This document shows, one piece after another, positions 53,675-64,000 of a stretch of DNA of 64,000 bases. Each line of letters begins with the position of its first letter. Within the stretch, counting starts at the first letter, position 1. The translations under genes and the position numbers were made by a program. This DNA is from Trypanosoma brucei. Its lineage: Eukaryota. Below the pieces are notes generated by a model, which searched no databases, was not told the DNA's origin, and saw only the letters and a program-made list of their open reading frames with translations. Location of the stretch: positions 3,840,001-3,904,000 of the forward strand of contig CM000208.1 of the NCBI GenBank assembly GCA_000002445.1. Reading direction: 5' to 3'.

Positions 53675-55213
53675 ATGGAAAACACCAACCTACGCACCAA
53701 AACGCTGCGGGACGGTACCACTGCCGAGGAGCTCTTTTCCCAGGATGGACTATCATTCAATGATTTCATAATTTTACCCGGTTTTATTGACTTTGACTCT
53801 TCGAAGGTAAATGTCTCGGGACAGTTTACCAAAAATATTCTTCTTCACCTTCCACTGGTGTCTTCCCCTATGGACACAGTGACGGAGAGCAGCATGGCCC
53901 GTGCCATGGCACTGATGGGGGGCATCGGTGTCATTCACAACAACTGCACTGTGGAGCAGCAGGCACGGATGGTGCGAAGTGTGAAACTGTACCGCAACGG
54001 GTTTATCATGAAGCCAAAGTCTGTCTCCCCCGACGTGCCTGTCTCGACCATTAGGAATATAAAATCGGAGAAGGGTATCAGCGGCATTCTTGTCACAGAA
54101 GGGGGTAAATACGACGGTAAATTGCTGGGTATTGTATGCACCAAGGATATAGACTTCGTAAAGGATGCCAGTGCTCCGGTGTCGCAATACATGACACGGC
54201 GCGAAAATATGACAGTGGAGCGGTACCCTATCAAGTTGGAGGAGGCGATGGATGTACTGAACCGCAGCCGTCACGGATACCTCCCCGTGCTCAATGACAA
54301 GGACGAGGTGGTATGCCTCTGTTCCCGTCGTGATGCCGTCCGCGCGAGGGACTATCCAAACAGTTCTTTGGACCGCAATGGGCATTTGCTTTGTGCGGCG
54401 GCCACCTCCACTCGGGAGGCCGACAAAGGACGTGTGGCAGCTCTGTCAGAGGCGGGTATCGATGTTCTGGTACTTGACAGCTCGCAAGGCAACACAATTT
54501 ATCAGGTGTCTTTCATACGCTGGGTGAAGAAGACATACCCCCACCTCGAGGTTGTGGCCGGTAACGTCGTAACGCAGGACCAGGCGAAGAACCTGATAGA
54601 TGCCGGGGCAGATAGCCTGCGGATCGGGATGGGAAGTGGGAGCATTTGCATCACACAGGAGGTTCTTGCATGCGGTCGGCCCCAGGCAACAGCAATTTAT
54701 AAAGTTGCCCGCTACGCTGCTTCTCGTGGGGTTCCGTGTGTTGCCGATGGTGGCCTGAGGAATGTTGGTGACGTTTGCAAGGCGCTGGCGGTTGGCGCCA
54801 ACGTGGCGATGCTGGGTTCGATGATTGCGGGTACCTCCGAAACGCCTGGGGAGTATTTCTTCAAGGATGGCATGCGGCTCAAGGGCTACCGTGGAATGGG
54901 GAGCATTGATGCTATGCTGCAGGGACGGGAGTCAGGCAAACGGTACCTGTCGGAAAATGAAACCCTGCAAGTGGCACAGGGTGTGGCAGGGGCTGTGCTT
55001 GACAAGGGCTCCGTTCTGAAACTTCTGGCGTACATCCATAAGGGTTTGCAGCAGTCGGCTCAAGATATTGGGGAGGTGAGTTTTGATGCCATAAGGGAGA
55101 AGGTGTACGAAGGTCAAGTTCTCTTTAACCGGCGCAGCCTGACGGCGCAGTCAGAGGGTGCTGTTCACTCGTTGCACCACTACGAGAGGAAACTCTTTGC
55201 CTCGAAGCTCTAA
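53675..55213 (+). CDS. IMPDH: Inosine-5'-monophosphate dehydrogenase (IMPDH) with CBS pair and C-terminal PTS1 (-SKL) glycosomal signal
   Basis: ATG start; 512 aa. The catalytic Cys loop '[26 protein letters not shown]', two CBS modules in the inserted subdomain, phosphate-binding '[20 protein letters not shown]', and C-terminal tripeptide 'SKL'. T. brucei IMPDH is known to be 512 aa and glycosomal. Confidence 0.95.
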   Translation: MENTNLRTKTLRDGTTAEELFSQDGLSFNDFIILPGFIDFDSSKVNVSGQFTKNILLHLPLVSSPMDTVTESSMARAMALMGGIGVIHNNCTVEQQARMVRSVKLYRNGFIMKPKSVSPDVPVSTIRNIKSEKGISGILVTEGGKYDGKLLGIVCTKDIDFVKDASAPVSQYMTRRENMTVERYPIKLEEAMDVLNRSRHGYLPVLNDKDEVVCLCSRRDAVRARDYPNSSLDRNGHLLCAAATSTREADKGRVAALSEAGIDVLVLDSSQGNTIYQVSFIRWVKKTYPHLEVVAGNVVTQDQAKNLIDAGADSLRIGMGSGSICITQEVLACGRPQATAIYKVARYAASRGVPCVADGGLRNVGDVCKALAVGANVAMLGSMIAGTSETPGEYFFKDGMRLKGYRGMGSIDAMLQGRESGKRYLSENETLQVAQGVAGAVLDKGSVLKLLAYIHKGLQQSAQDIGEVSFDAIREKVYEGQVLFNRRSLTAQSEGAVHSLHHYERKLFASKL

Positions 55214-57385
55214 GGCAGAAGTGCCCGCACACCCACTTGTCCACTTCCTTTTTGGCACGCAGCAACTGCTAAAGCTCCAAGGGGTTCCGGACGGGGCTGA
55301 AGACGTTCAAGTGGGGTTATATATTACCGTAGTGATGTGCATTTATCAGTGGTGTTTGGGGGCTGTTTATATTGGTTTGGGGGCCGCACCCCATCTGTCA
55401 CCGAGTGACGCTGCGGCAATACAAACGTAGTCAAAAAAAAATGTAAATGGGGATGGGGATGGGTAAAATGGTCGGGAAACACAGGGACAGTAGGAAGAAG
55501 CATATGGGAAAAGAGGCTCATGCATTTGTATTTTTGGCTGCTTGCCTTTATAGTGTTCTCTTCTCTCTCTCCTTTTCGTCCGGGAACCTCGAACCGACGC
55601 GGGTTTTCGGTTCCCCTCGTGTTTGCGGGGTAAGCCGCGACGGAGCCCTTGTTTTTCATCAACTTTCAATCAAGCAAACAAATGGACAACGCCAGAAATA
55701 ATGTGTCTGAGAGGTAATGAGAATAATAATGGTAATAATAATGGTGGTGGAGAGGGATACGAGTCAGCAGTAGGGAGGGGCTGAGAAGTGAACTATAATA
55801 AATGTATGCGTCCGCGGGTGGGGAAGCATGGAAGGGAATACGATGTGCGTGCGTCAAGATGGCGGGTAAACGTTCGGCTGATGCGTGAAGGCGAACAGAG
55901 GGCTACATTTTACCGAAACGATGAACATGAATGCTTTCCTCTGAGGTTCACAGACTACTATTATTATGCGTAATGGCGAAAACGAAGAAGCTGAGCTCAT
56001 AATTTTTTTTAGCAGGGAGAGGGACACTGTAAGTGGGTACATTTCATTACTTAGTGCTGTGTCTGAAAGTTCTTTTTTTTTTTCGCTCTGTCTCCGACCC
56101 CCCCTCACTTTGTGATTCCCACACTGCTCTCTACCAGATTTGTGGCTTTTGGCCCACTGCTATGCCGGAAGTGAAGATGATGTTGTGTTGCGTGCTCCCA
56201 TGGTGGGTACATTGGTTCCTTACGTCGACGTACCCGGAAATGAGGCACAACGCATCGATGCAGTAAGGAAGATGCGGTAAAAAAGTGTGCTGACAGGGGA
56301 GAATCGCCTGATAAAGGAACAACACGACTGATGGAAAGAAAACAAACGGCATGGCAGCTGAGCAACAGGAAGGTGATGGATTTAATGAAGTAGGATAGCG
56401 GTCGGGTTGTCATGGGCGTGGGAACTTCAGGATTCGCGCATGTCGCTCCTTCTAGGGGATGACTCGTGTCTCTGTCCGTTTTTGGATCTAGTTTTTAACA
56501 AATACCTACTTCCTTCACATGAATGCTGCACTGGTCTCAGGGACAGCAGGCCGTTCCGTGGAATGACAGGGATCGTCCCGTTTATGAATGCATACAAACG
56601 GCAGAAATCGATGCAGAGGCCAAAGCTAGAAGCCTGGGGAACTGTGCGACCGTGGATTTGTGTGGAGGAGGAACAAGCGTAAGGGATATTGTCGTCGTCA
56701 CTTTAGGTCGGTTCAACCCCCGTCACCCTGTCAGTACGGTTGGGAACATATTTTACTTTTTATTTTTTGCAGTGCTCCTTACCCGCTTTCGACATGGCGA
56801 CGGGCGCGTGACAGAACAATACATCCTTTCCCAGGATCCCTGCGGTGAAGTTAGAAATGACAGAAACCATCTGCCACGGCGGGTTGGCACAATGCCCGGG
56901 AAAGGGGAGGGGCAGCGGGTTTTTCCTCACCCAAGAATCCTGGTGCCTGTTCTCGACTCAAGCCTGGTTGTCGCGGGCCATCCGCAGCGGCATCGCAGTT
57001 TCCCAAAGAGGGCGGTAGTGCTCAGTCTCCTATTCGCATGAATAATGTACCGAACCTTAGCACCACGACGCGATATTTGCTGCGACGCCGGGGTAAGAGA
57101 GTACGTTCACAACAGTTAACAAGAATGAGAACGGCGCGGTGGAGTCCTTCTGTACATTCTGAATCGGATGATGTTGTAGCATTTGTCGGCAATTTTTTAA
57201 CGTCACTGAGAAGACGTCGGGGAGTTGTGGGCGGTTCACTAACAGTCGCACGTTCCCTCGATGTTGCTTACCTCTCCTTTACCTTTGCAGTAGCGTGCTT
57301 CCCCCTTGTGGAGCTAGTGGGAAATAGGAAAGGTTTGAGTAAGTGCCCCAACTGAAGTAGAGCGTGCGTGGGGGCCCACTACAAC

Positions 57386-58186
57386 ATGTCACTCCCAATT
57401 ATGAGTGTGGTGCGGATGGCGGTACAAGAACTCCCGCTGCTATCGTTTGCGCCAACCTCGCTGGTGAGCGATGGATGTGTCTTTCTTCCCACTCTCTCGG
57501 ACTGCTCCGCGTTTGCAGGTTGCAGCATCACATCCGCCACACTGCAGTGCGATGGGACACTGCTCATCAAAGTTGTGCCCGCAATTCTGCGACTCATTCC
57601 GTTAAAAGGAATTTCATCATCACACGGCTACTCTTCGTTAGCCGCGGGCGGTTCGCATAGCGAGGCAGTGGCATTACTGAAAGGTCTCCCAACGGTTCGA
57701 CTACAGGCCGTCTCGCCGGTTTTTCCACTTTTTACGCCCGGAGGTTGTGTGGAATATTTCTCCGCTACGAGCCAGCAGACAACTGCTGCCGTACCGGTAC
57801 TGACAAATACCATACGGGAACATTTGCGGCGCCTCCGTGCATACGTTCCACAACATTTAGATGAACTCGTTCCGTCAGCACCCTCCAAAGTGTCCTCATG
57901 GTTTGTTGTGTCCTACCCGGGTGCGGACGCCGTGCCAGAGCCATGTTTGTTTGTACTTCCGGACGTACTTGTTGTCCGGACAGTAATGTCACAGGTAGGT
58001 AGTAGGAAAATTCCGCCTCACCACAAACGTTCCGTGGCCGTTATGGGACAGAGCGGGGTGGCCAAATTACTTGAGGAACTAAAGTGGTCCGGGTGTGCTG
58101 TTCGCGTCGTCGACGATGCTAATCATGTTTGTGTTTTGCCTCCAACACTCACGGCGGCATCGCAGATGAAACAAGTAACCCATTGA
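57386..58186 (+). CDS. Hypothetical protein (266 aa)
   Basis: The track start is GTG 57368 and the first ATG is at 57386 (MSLPIMSVVRMAVQ...). It is a + strand ORF in the array. No domain recognised. Confidence 0.5.
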   Translation: MSLPIMSVVRMAVQELPLLSFAPTSLVSDGCVFLPTLSDCSAFAGCSITSATLQCDGTLLIKVVPAILRLIPLKGISSSHGYSSLAAGGSHSEAVALLKGLPTVRLQAVSPVFPLFTPGGCVEYFSATSQQTTAAVPVLTNTIREHLRRLRAYVPQHLDELVPSAPSKVSSWFVVSYPGADAVPEPCLFVLPDVLVVRTVMSQVGSRKIPPHHKRSVAVMGQSGVAKLLEELKWSGCAVRVVDDANHVCVLPPTLTAASQMKQVTH

Positions 58187-58663
58187 CAGCCGTGTCATGT
58201 CCTCTCCATTTGAACACTAACGTTTGAACTTTTCTCACCCTTGTTTCTTTTCCGCCTCTCTATCGGACCTTTGGTTTATCTGATTATTTTGTTTCTTATA
58301 CTTTTGTGGTTTCATATGCTCTTCCTGTCATCTGCAAGGGGATTCCACATGCCGGCGTTGGGTAGCAGGTGTCCCCCCCCCTCCGTCGCAGTTAGCAACG
58401 TTTCCTCTTTTTTTTTTTTCGCCGCTCATGCTGGTCTAGCGCGTGTGGGTCATCACACAACCTGTTTTTTTTTTTCAAGATCCCCTATTCCTCACCTTGT
58501 GGTGTCTCTTGTTTTCGCTTGTAGGAACAAAGGAAAGGACACATCGGTGAGCACGACCGTCGGTGTGTTACTCGCGCCAGCAGCATCTAACGGGCCGGCA
58601 CGCATCCTCGTATCTATCAGGGACATCCACTGGTAGTCAGACTTCCGTATTGTATCCAATAGG

Positions 58664-60397
58664 ATGGATCCCCTGTCGCGTGATGCCCGTGCTTCCAACT
58701 TACCGTCATATTACCGTGGATTTTATGATGCTCAGCAGCGTCGGCCGACAAAGAATGTGGAACCCTCCGTCACGCAGGCGTTTGGTGGTGCTTTCTTGGC
58801 CGCAGTTCCGCTCGCTGCACTATACTTTTTTCTGAGGCGCCGATCCGCCGCTGCCGTGAAAGTTGCGGCGCCCAATGCAAAACCCTCGGGCTTTTTTGCA
58901 GACGTGATGAAAGCAATGCAAAAACAAATGAACCCACTGGGGGACAAAAATTTCCGTGTGGACGTGACAGACACCAAGTTCAAGGATGTTATTGGCATCC
59001 CAGAGGCAGTGGAAGAAATCCAGCAGTACGTTAAGTTTCTTCAGACTCCGGAGCGTTTCACACGGCTAGGGGCGCGGCTTCCCAAAGGTTGTCTGCTGAC
59101 GGGCCAGCCCGGAACGGGGAAAACGTTATTGGCGAAGGCCGTGGCTGGGGAAGCTGGTGTTCCCTTCTTCTCCTGCAGTGGGGCGGACTTCATTGAAGTG
59201 TACGCGGGCTCTGGGCCCAAGCGTGTCCGGGAGCTCTTTGCGGAAGCAAAGAAGGTGGCGCCATCCGTCGTTTTTTTAGACGAGATTGACGCTGTTGGGA
59301 CTCGTGGCGGCGAACAGGATGCTGGCGGCGTGACTTCGGAGGAAAACCGGACCGTCAATCAACTTCTTGCTGAACTTGACGGCCTCGGCGCAAGCGAGGC
59401 CGTGGTTGTGTTTGCAGCCACAAATTTTATGGATAACATAGACAAGGCTCTCCTACGTGAAGGTCGGTTTGACCGCAAGATCGAGGTGCCTATGCCCGAT
59501 CGCCAAGCACGGGAAGATCTTTTTAGGCATTACCTTAAGAGAATTGTCGCGTCTGACGTGGAGGTCAAAGCACAACGTCTCGCGGGGCTTACTCCAGGGG
59601 TGTCTCCAGCAGCCATATCGACCATCGTGAATGAGGCGGCCCTCGCGGCTGCGGTGCGGGGCGACGGCGAGGTGACGGAGCAGACATTGCTTCCGGCTGT
59701 CGATGATGTTCTTCTAGGGAAAAAGCACCGCAGTTACATGACTGACGCAGCGCTTCGCCGTGTAGCCTTGCACGAAAGCGGGCATGCGCTTGTAGCGTGG
59801 CTACTTCCACAACAACCCGACGTTGTTAAGCTGTCCGTGACGCCGCGTGGATGTGCGGCGGGTTTCACCCAGCAACTAGGAAGGGAGGCACTCGATATGC
59901 ACACTGATTTGTCACTCTTCACGGACCTCTGTGTTTTACTCGCTGGGCGCCTTGCAGAAGCCACGCGCTACGACGGACTCACAACGGGGGCACAGGACGA
60001 CTATCAACGCGCCACGCAAGCTGCCATACAGCAGTTTCTTTCATTCGGCATGTCTCAAAGCGTTGGGTTACTTGCATACGAACCGCAGAGACTGAATGAG
60101 GGTCGAATTTATCAACGTCACTCCGAGAAGGCGCAAGCGATGGCCGAGGTTGAAGCTGCACGTCTGGTCGAAGTTGCACAACGCTTTACGCAGACGCTCA
60201 TTGCTGCAAATGCAAACACTCTGCACAGAGTGGCGGATGCCCTGGTGGTCAAGCGGGAACTTCTTTCCGATGAATTGGCGGCTTTGATGGGAAAGCGGGG
60301 AACAGTACGGTTGACGAAAGAAGCAAAAGAAGCGCTTGCTGAATTTTTGAGGAAGGCTGAGGAACACAGGCCCTCGTTCAGTGATGTGACAGCCTGA
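58664..60397 (+). CDS. FtsH-like AAA+ zinc metalloprotease (mitochondrial i-AAA/m-AAA protease family)
   Basis: ATG start; 577 aa. One N-terminal TM segment 'AFGGAFLAAVPLAALYFFL'. Walker A 'GQPGTGKTLLAKAVAGEAGVPFF', Walker B 'VVFLDEIDAV', SRH 'FAATNFMDNIDKALLREGRFDRKIEV'. The HExxH zinc site 'ALHESGHALVAW' and the third ligand region 'TTGAQDDYQRATQAA' are as in FtsH 'TTGASNDIERAT'. Confidence 0.8.
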   Translation: MDPLSRDARASNLPSYYRGFYDAQQRRPTKNVEPSVTQAFGGAFLAAVPLAALYFFLRRRSAAAVKVAAPNAKPSGFFADVMKAMQKQMNPLGDKNFRVDVTDTKFKDVIGIPEAVEEIQQYVKFLQTPERFTRLGARLPKGCLLTGQPGTGKTLLAKAVAGEAGVPFFSCSGADFIEVYAGSGPKRVRELFAEAKKVAPSVVFLDEIDAVGTRGGEQDAGGVTSEENRTVNQLLAELDGLGASEAVVVFAATNFMDNIDKALLREGRFDRKIEVPMPDRQAREDLFRHYLKRIVASDVEVKAQRLAGLTPGVSPAAISTIVNEAALAAAVRGDGEVTEQTLLPAVDDVLLGKKHRSYMTDAALRRVALHESGHALVAWLLPQQPDVVKLSVTPRGCAAGFTQQLGREALDMHTDLSLFTDLCVLLAGRLAEATRYDGLTTGAQDDYQRATQAAIQQFLSFGMSQSVGLLAYEPQRLNEGRIYQRHSEKAQAMAEVEAARLVEVAQRFTQTLIAANANTLHRVADALVVKRELLSDELAALMGKRGTVRLTKEAKEALAEFLRKAEEHRPSFSDVTA

Positions 60398-60620
60398 GGT
60401 GTCAAATGGTATATGTTGTTTGTTTGCGCAGTAGCGCACCTTAGTATTAGTGGAGGACTTGTTTATTTTGTTGGCACCGTTGCTATTATGGATGCCTTGC
60501 CTCTGCGACCTTATTCCCCTACCTGTAACGCTGCGCGATACCGAGTTTCTTGATAAGGATTTTTTTTTGCATTTATTTTAACAATTCGTAAGACGCAGTG
60601 GTGGATGTTTTTTGATTACC

Positions 60621-60697
60621 CTTCACTCAGCCTTCTTCATCTCACTTTTCTTTTCTTTTCCACCTCCTTTATTCTTACTTCACTTGAGCTCTTGCAG
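60621..60697 (+). promoter_or_regulatory. Polypyrimidine tract plus AG trans-splice acceptor upstream of the 60722 CDS
   Basis: 'cttcactcagccttcttcatctcacttttcttttcttttccacctcctttattcttacttcacttgagctcttgcag'. The track ORF's first 39 codons are a translation of this tract. Confidence 0.55.
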
Positions 60698-60721
60698 ACA
60701 CGCCGTGCGTGCAGACTTGCA

Positions 60722-61624
60722 ATGAGCGACAGTCAAATGGACTGCACGGCTGTGTGGCCCAGCCAGGTGCAATACGTGGACGCAGGTGAACGGACACTTC
60801 TGTACCGTAGCAGGCGAGGATGTGTTTACCGCGTTTTCTCGAAAGAGCGAAATGAGTGGCTTGTGCTGAAAGAGGAGGAAGTCCTTGAGCCCAACAATCT
60901 CGTACGCGCGGTGACGGCGGTGCAGAGTTTGCAATCACAGTTCCTTCTGTATCACTATAGCGTTCGCGTTCAAGACGGCCGCATGGCGGCGCTGCTGATG
61001 GAACAAATGGACTTTACCCTCCGCGATGTGCTGGCAGTCCAAAGCCGACTTGCAGAGGCGCAAGTGAGGGCAATTGCGCTGGTTGCCCTAAATGCTCTGG
61101 CAGACCTGCACGAAAGGGCTGGAATGGTTCACGGGGATCTGAGCCCGGCGAATATTTTTTTTAGGCGAACTGGGGAAATGCGCCTCGGTGATTTTTCTAG
61201 TGCCGTCCCCATTGACGCTGCGGTGGAGTATTTTGCTAGCACGGTGTTGTACTCTCCTGTGGAAGCGTTGCGAAATCGGCAGCTGGTCTCCAGACCCAGT
61301 AGTGACATTTGGGCGCTCGGTGTCGTGCTGAATCACTGCGTTAGCGGTGAACGTCATCCCTTTGTCGCCGCGGGGGCCAGCGATTTCTGGAAATTTCTGT
61401 CAGAATTAGCCGAGGCAGAGGAAGAGACTCGCCGGTTACAGCTCCAGACTCACATCAGCGGTGAGTTTAGCGAATTACTAAGTGGGATGCTGTCCTGGAA
61501 TCCTGCGTCCCGCCCAACCGCAAAGGAATTGCTTAACAGCCGCTGCCTTTCGCAGATGAGCATGTGTTCCGCCAGAGAAACATTGTGGTCCTTGGTTTCT
61601 GAGCATTGTAGTCTGAGAAGTTAA
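60722..61624 (+). CDS. Protein-kinase-like protein with degenerate catalytic motifs (HGD and DFS; candidate pseudokinase)
   Basis: The first ATG after the polypyrimidine tract and AG is at 60722 (MSDSQMDCTAV...); the track ORF begins at 60605 inside the tract. Motifs: 'MVHGDLSPANIFF' (HRD replaced by HGD), 'RLGDFSSAVP' (DFG replaced by DFS), 'SPVEALR' (APE-like), 'DIWALGVVL'. The Gly-loop is not canonical. Confidence 0.6.
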   Translation: MSDSQMDCTAVWPSQVQYVDAGERTLLYRSRRGCVYRVFSKERNEWLVLKEEEVLEPNNLVRAVTAVQSLQSQFLLYHYSVRVQDGRMAALLMEQMDFTLRDVLAVQSRLAEAQVRAIALVALNALADLHERAGMVHGDLSPANIFFRRTGEMRLGDFSSAVPIDAAVEYFASTVLYSPVEALRNRQLVSRPSSDIWALGVVLNHCVSGERHPFVAAGASDFWKFLSELAEAEEETRRLQLQTHISGEFSELLSGMLSWNPASRPTAKELLNSRCLSQMSMCSARETLWSLVSEHCSLRS

Positions 61625-61755
61625 ATGTGTACATTCGCTGTTGTTTCGCACACTAGTTGAGCGTCTACCCCATCAGTGTTTTCATTTTCTGTTCGGTAAC
61701 TGTGGCCCTTCCTCTTCACTTTCTTCCCCGTGTTTTTCTTTCATTTTGTACAGCC

Positions 61756-62679
61756 ATGAGGTTCATCAACCAAGCAGCGTCTGACCGTGCGGTCATCAAT
61801 GCCGGAGGACGTCGGTTTGAAACTCTCTTCAGCACTTTGCATCGTTACCCTGACACGCCTTTCGCTCAGCTCTTTCCACTGCCCGGTCGTGGCGCCCGCC
61901 AACACCGGGGCCGTGAATTCTTTTTGGATGTCACTCCACATGTTTTCGAGTACATTCTGGGATTCCTGCGGACCAACCAACTGAACCTCCCAGCTGAGAA
62001 TTTGCAGATACGGGCGGAGGTAGTTTACTCTATGAACCAGTGGGGGCTTCTAGAGCATGCCTTCCCGCCGGAAGTTATTGAAGACGGTGAAGGTTGCAGC
62101 ACTGGAGGTGCGGTGGTTAAGCTCCCTGATGTTTGTGTCGTTCAGGTTTGCGACCACATGCAACACGACCAAGGAGTGAAGCGGCATGCGTTAACCATTA
62201 CTTACGGTGCGGATGGCTTTCAGCTCCGTTCGCTCATTCGCCGCGTGCGACGTGACCTTGAGCGCCAGCTATCGTCAACTTACTGGCAGTGCTATCAAAC
62301 CAATGAACGGGCAGCCTTCTTTGTCACGACTAAGGTGGCTAATGGAACTGCCGACCTTCTCACAACGTCCGTGACGCAGCAACTTGTAGAGCACACAGAA
62401 TCAATGGGTTACTCACTGGCTTCGTCATACGTGACGCTGAGCCCGGACGTTGTACACACCAGCGTACGCATGCTAATTCACAATTTTACCTTCCGTCGCA
62501 GTAGGCGGGTTGAAGTGGAGCCAGGTGATGGAATTGCATTAGGAGAGGGCAGTGAAACCATCGAGGCTGAGCCCAATATACCGACGATGCACGTGGGACC
62601 AAGGAGGGAACCACTTAATGCAGCCGAGTCGATTCCACCAAGAAACGAAAGGGCAGTTAATATTTGGACGGTGGACTGA
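61756..62679 (+). CDS. BTB/POZ (T1-type, KCTD-like) domain protein
   Basis: The track start is TTG 61657 inside a polypyrimidine tract. The first ATG is at 61756, with AG 3 nt upstream. 'AVINAGGRRFETLFSTLHRYPDTPFAQLF...GREFFLDVTPHVFEYILGFLRTNQLNLP' matches the K-channel-tetramerisation BTB consensus (V.NVGG..F.T...TL...PDS.L...F...dg.yFiDRdp..F..ILnylRtg.L.lP). Confidence 0.65.
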   Translation: MRFINQAASDRAVINAGGRRFETLFSTLHRYPDTPFAQLFPLPGRGARQHRGREFFLDVTPHVFEYILGFLRTNQLNLPAENLQIRAEVVYSMNQWGLLEHAFPPEVIEDGEGCSTGGAVVKLPDVCVVQVCDHMQHDQGVKRHALTITYGADGFQLRSLIRRVRRDLERQLSSTYWQCYQTNERAAFFVTTKVANGTADLLTTSVTQQLVEHTESMGYSLASSYVTLSPDVVHTSVRMLIHNFTFRRSRRVEVEPGDGIALGEGSETIEAEPNIPTMHVGPRREPLNAAESIPPRNERAVNIWTVD

Positions 62680-64000
62680 TGGATGGAAGTCACTGAAGGG
62701 TATCGATCGCGCTTGTTTGCATCCATACCTCATGCCGTTGGTAACTCGATTTTAGGCGCAAGTAAAGTACGCTTACTGTTTCTATTCACTTCGTGACTCA
62801 TCATGCTTTTTGCTGGTGTTCATGCATGCTCTGGAAGTGCTTGAAATAGGTTCAGGGGGGGCGAGGTGCGTTAATATCCCTTGGAGATAGTGCAACTTCC
62901 AAACAAGTGTGCAATTGTCTCATCTTGGGTAGAACCATTGGGCTCCAGGAGAAGGCAAAAGCGGGGACGCTGTACCTCTGTGATTAAGTTGACTGCAAGG
63001 GGGGCAGATGTCAGGTGCCCCGTGCCGCGCCGTGCTGCCGCTAGTTGGGCGTGTTCCTACTGCGTCTCCCACTCTAGCGACTAGGACCCTGCCGATGCAA
63101 CGACATTTCAGATTGTTAGGGTGGGTTCCGTGTTGCTTCACCCAGGATATTTGAAGTAGCACCCCATACGGTGCCATCAAGGTGCGCTGTTCTCGCGTTC
63201 AACATCACAATTATCTCAATGTGTGTGTAAGGACATTCGCCTTCATACGAGACCAGGGCGCAGAAGCTGAGTCGTCTTCCCTGAGACATCCTCTTTTTTG
63301 TTTTTTTTCGAGCGTGAAGGCGGAGTGCCACTTTCTAAGACTGATTTTTGCATCACTCTCCAGCAGCCTTTCTAGAGTGCGTTCTGTGCCCTTTCTTCAT
63401 AACAGTGTGTTCCTCACCGCTGCCGGAACTCAGCCGATACACTTGGGTGGGTCCTTTCCCACGGAGAAGGAATGGTTAGGGTTACGCCACTGCTGTTCGG
63501 CCTGTCTGTTTGCACAGCATCTGGCGGGGACAAGGCTCTCTTTGAGTATTGCAATATTTTACTTACTCCGGGGAGGGCTTCGCAGCTTTTGAGAGGGGCT
63601 TGAAAACTCGGGCTGTACCTGGTGAGGGGAAGGGGAAAGTTTTGCTGTACGCCTTTTGTTTCCCTTTGATGTTACGGGCCACGGTAAGTGTAAGTTTTCC
63701 ACACGTGTTTACATGCGCACGCGTTGCGTGCTAAATTCGCTGCTGGATATTTTTCCGCCACCCCTTACGGTTTCAGTTTCACAATGTTTCTCTGAGCACT
63801 ATCCTCCGTTCGTTTACGTTGGGGTATTTAGTTAACTTCATGCATTTTGAACGTGTTGAAGTGTGACGTCGTCAGATGGCTCCTCTTTGCTGCAATTCGA
63901 TCTAGCCTGTGCGACGGCACTGAACCACTATACCCGATGCACGGAGCTGGGGAAGGATAAGCAAGAGCAAGGTAAACCATCTGCATCTGGGAATGAAGTG

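Noticed and set aside
56523-57041. 172-aa + strand ORF in the IMPDH downstream gap
   Set aside because: Composition is mixed with no motif. It is preceded by no clear polypyrimidine tract plus AG at a sensible distance, and is followed immediately by another overlapping-frame ORF. This is typical of random ORFs in moderately GC-rich spacer.
1-64000. Searches for spliced-leader RNA mini-exon, 5S rRNA, U2/U6 snRNA starts, telomeric or 177-bp-type satellite repeats, and ingi/RIME retroposon ends
   Set aside because: None of the diagnostic strings (SL 'aacgctattattagaacagtttctgtactatattg', 5S 'ccatacttggcc', U2 'atcttctcggc') occur. No long terminal A-rich retroposon signatures were seen, and no CRISPR-like arrays or prokaryotic operon structure are present.

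Overview
This window looks like a kinetoplastid (Trypanosoma) nuclear gene array. Every credible protein-coding gene, about 30 of them, lies on the + strand, so the window is a single polycistronic transcription unit. The genes are intronless and separated by intergenic regions with T/C-rich polypyrimidine tracts followed by AG trans-splice acceptors. (TA)n, (GT)n and (ATT)n microsatellites are scattered throughout. No rRNA, tRNA, SL RNA, 5S RNA, CRISPR array or recognisable retroelement was seen, and nothing resembles a prokaryotic operon or defence island.

Genes I can recognise from the translations are PEX12 (RING peroxin), a SURP-module protein, three protein kinases (one MAPK with a TEY motif, one with DYG and large inserts, one degenerate pseudokinase-like), a GUP1-like MBOAT acyltransferase, a His-rich cation-diffusion-facilitator transporter, TBP-related factor TRF4, an RMD-family TPR protein, a class-3 lipase with a FYVE-like zinc finger, a receptor-type class III adenylate cyclase (GRESAG4-like) preceded by a truncated adenylate-cyclase pseudogene fragment, a PIH1-domain protein, an OXLD/FNR-type flavoprotein, an eIF4E homologue, an FKBP-TPR immunophilin, WDR92/Monad, a glycosomal IMP dehydrogenase ending in -SKL, an FtsH-like AAA metalloprotease and a BTB/T1 (KCTD-like) protein. 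The gene content and order (PEX12, TRF4, MAPK, eIF4E, IMPDH, GRESAG4-like adenylate cyclase) remind me of the distal part of T. brucei chromosome 10. That is recollection, not a verified match.

The ORF track uses GTG/TTG as starts. For several genes I moved the start to the first in-frame ATG downstream of the polypyrimidine tract and AG.

The observations most worth a second look are:
- a 220-bp perfect duplicate flanking the MBOAT gene, which creates two small ORFs with identical 66-aa N-termini that look like mitochondrial presequences;
- the adenylate-cyclase pseudogene fragment, which carries a 67-bp near-identical patch shared with the intact gene;
- a 5.3-kb ORF-free gap containing a GC-rich unique island at about 33.2–35.1 kb;
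- a small 4-TM protein resembling a voltage-sensor (ion_trans S1–S4) fragment;
- a FYVE-like finger fused to a lipase.
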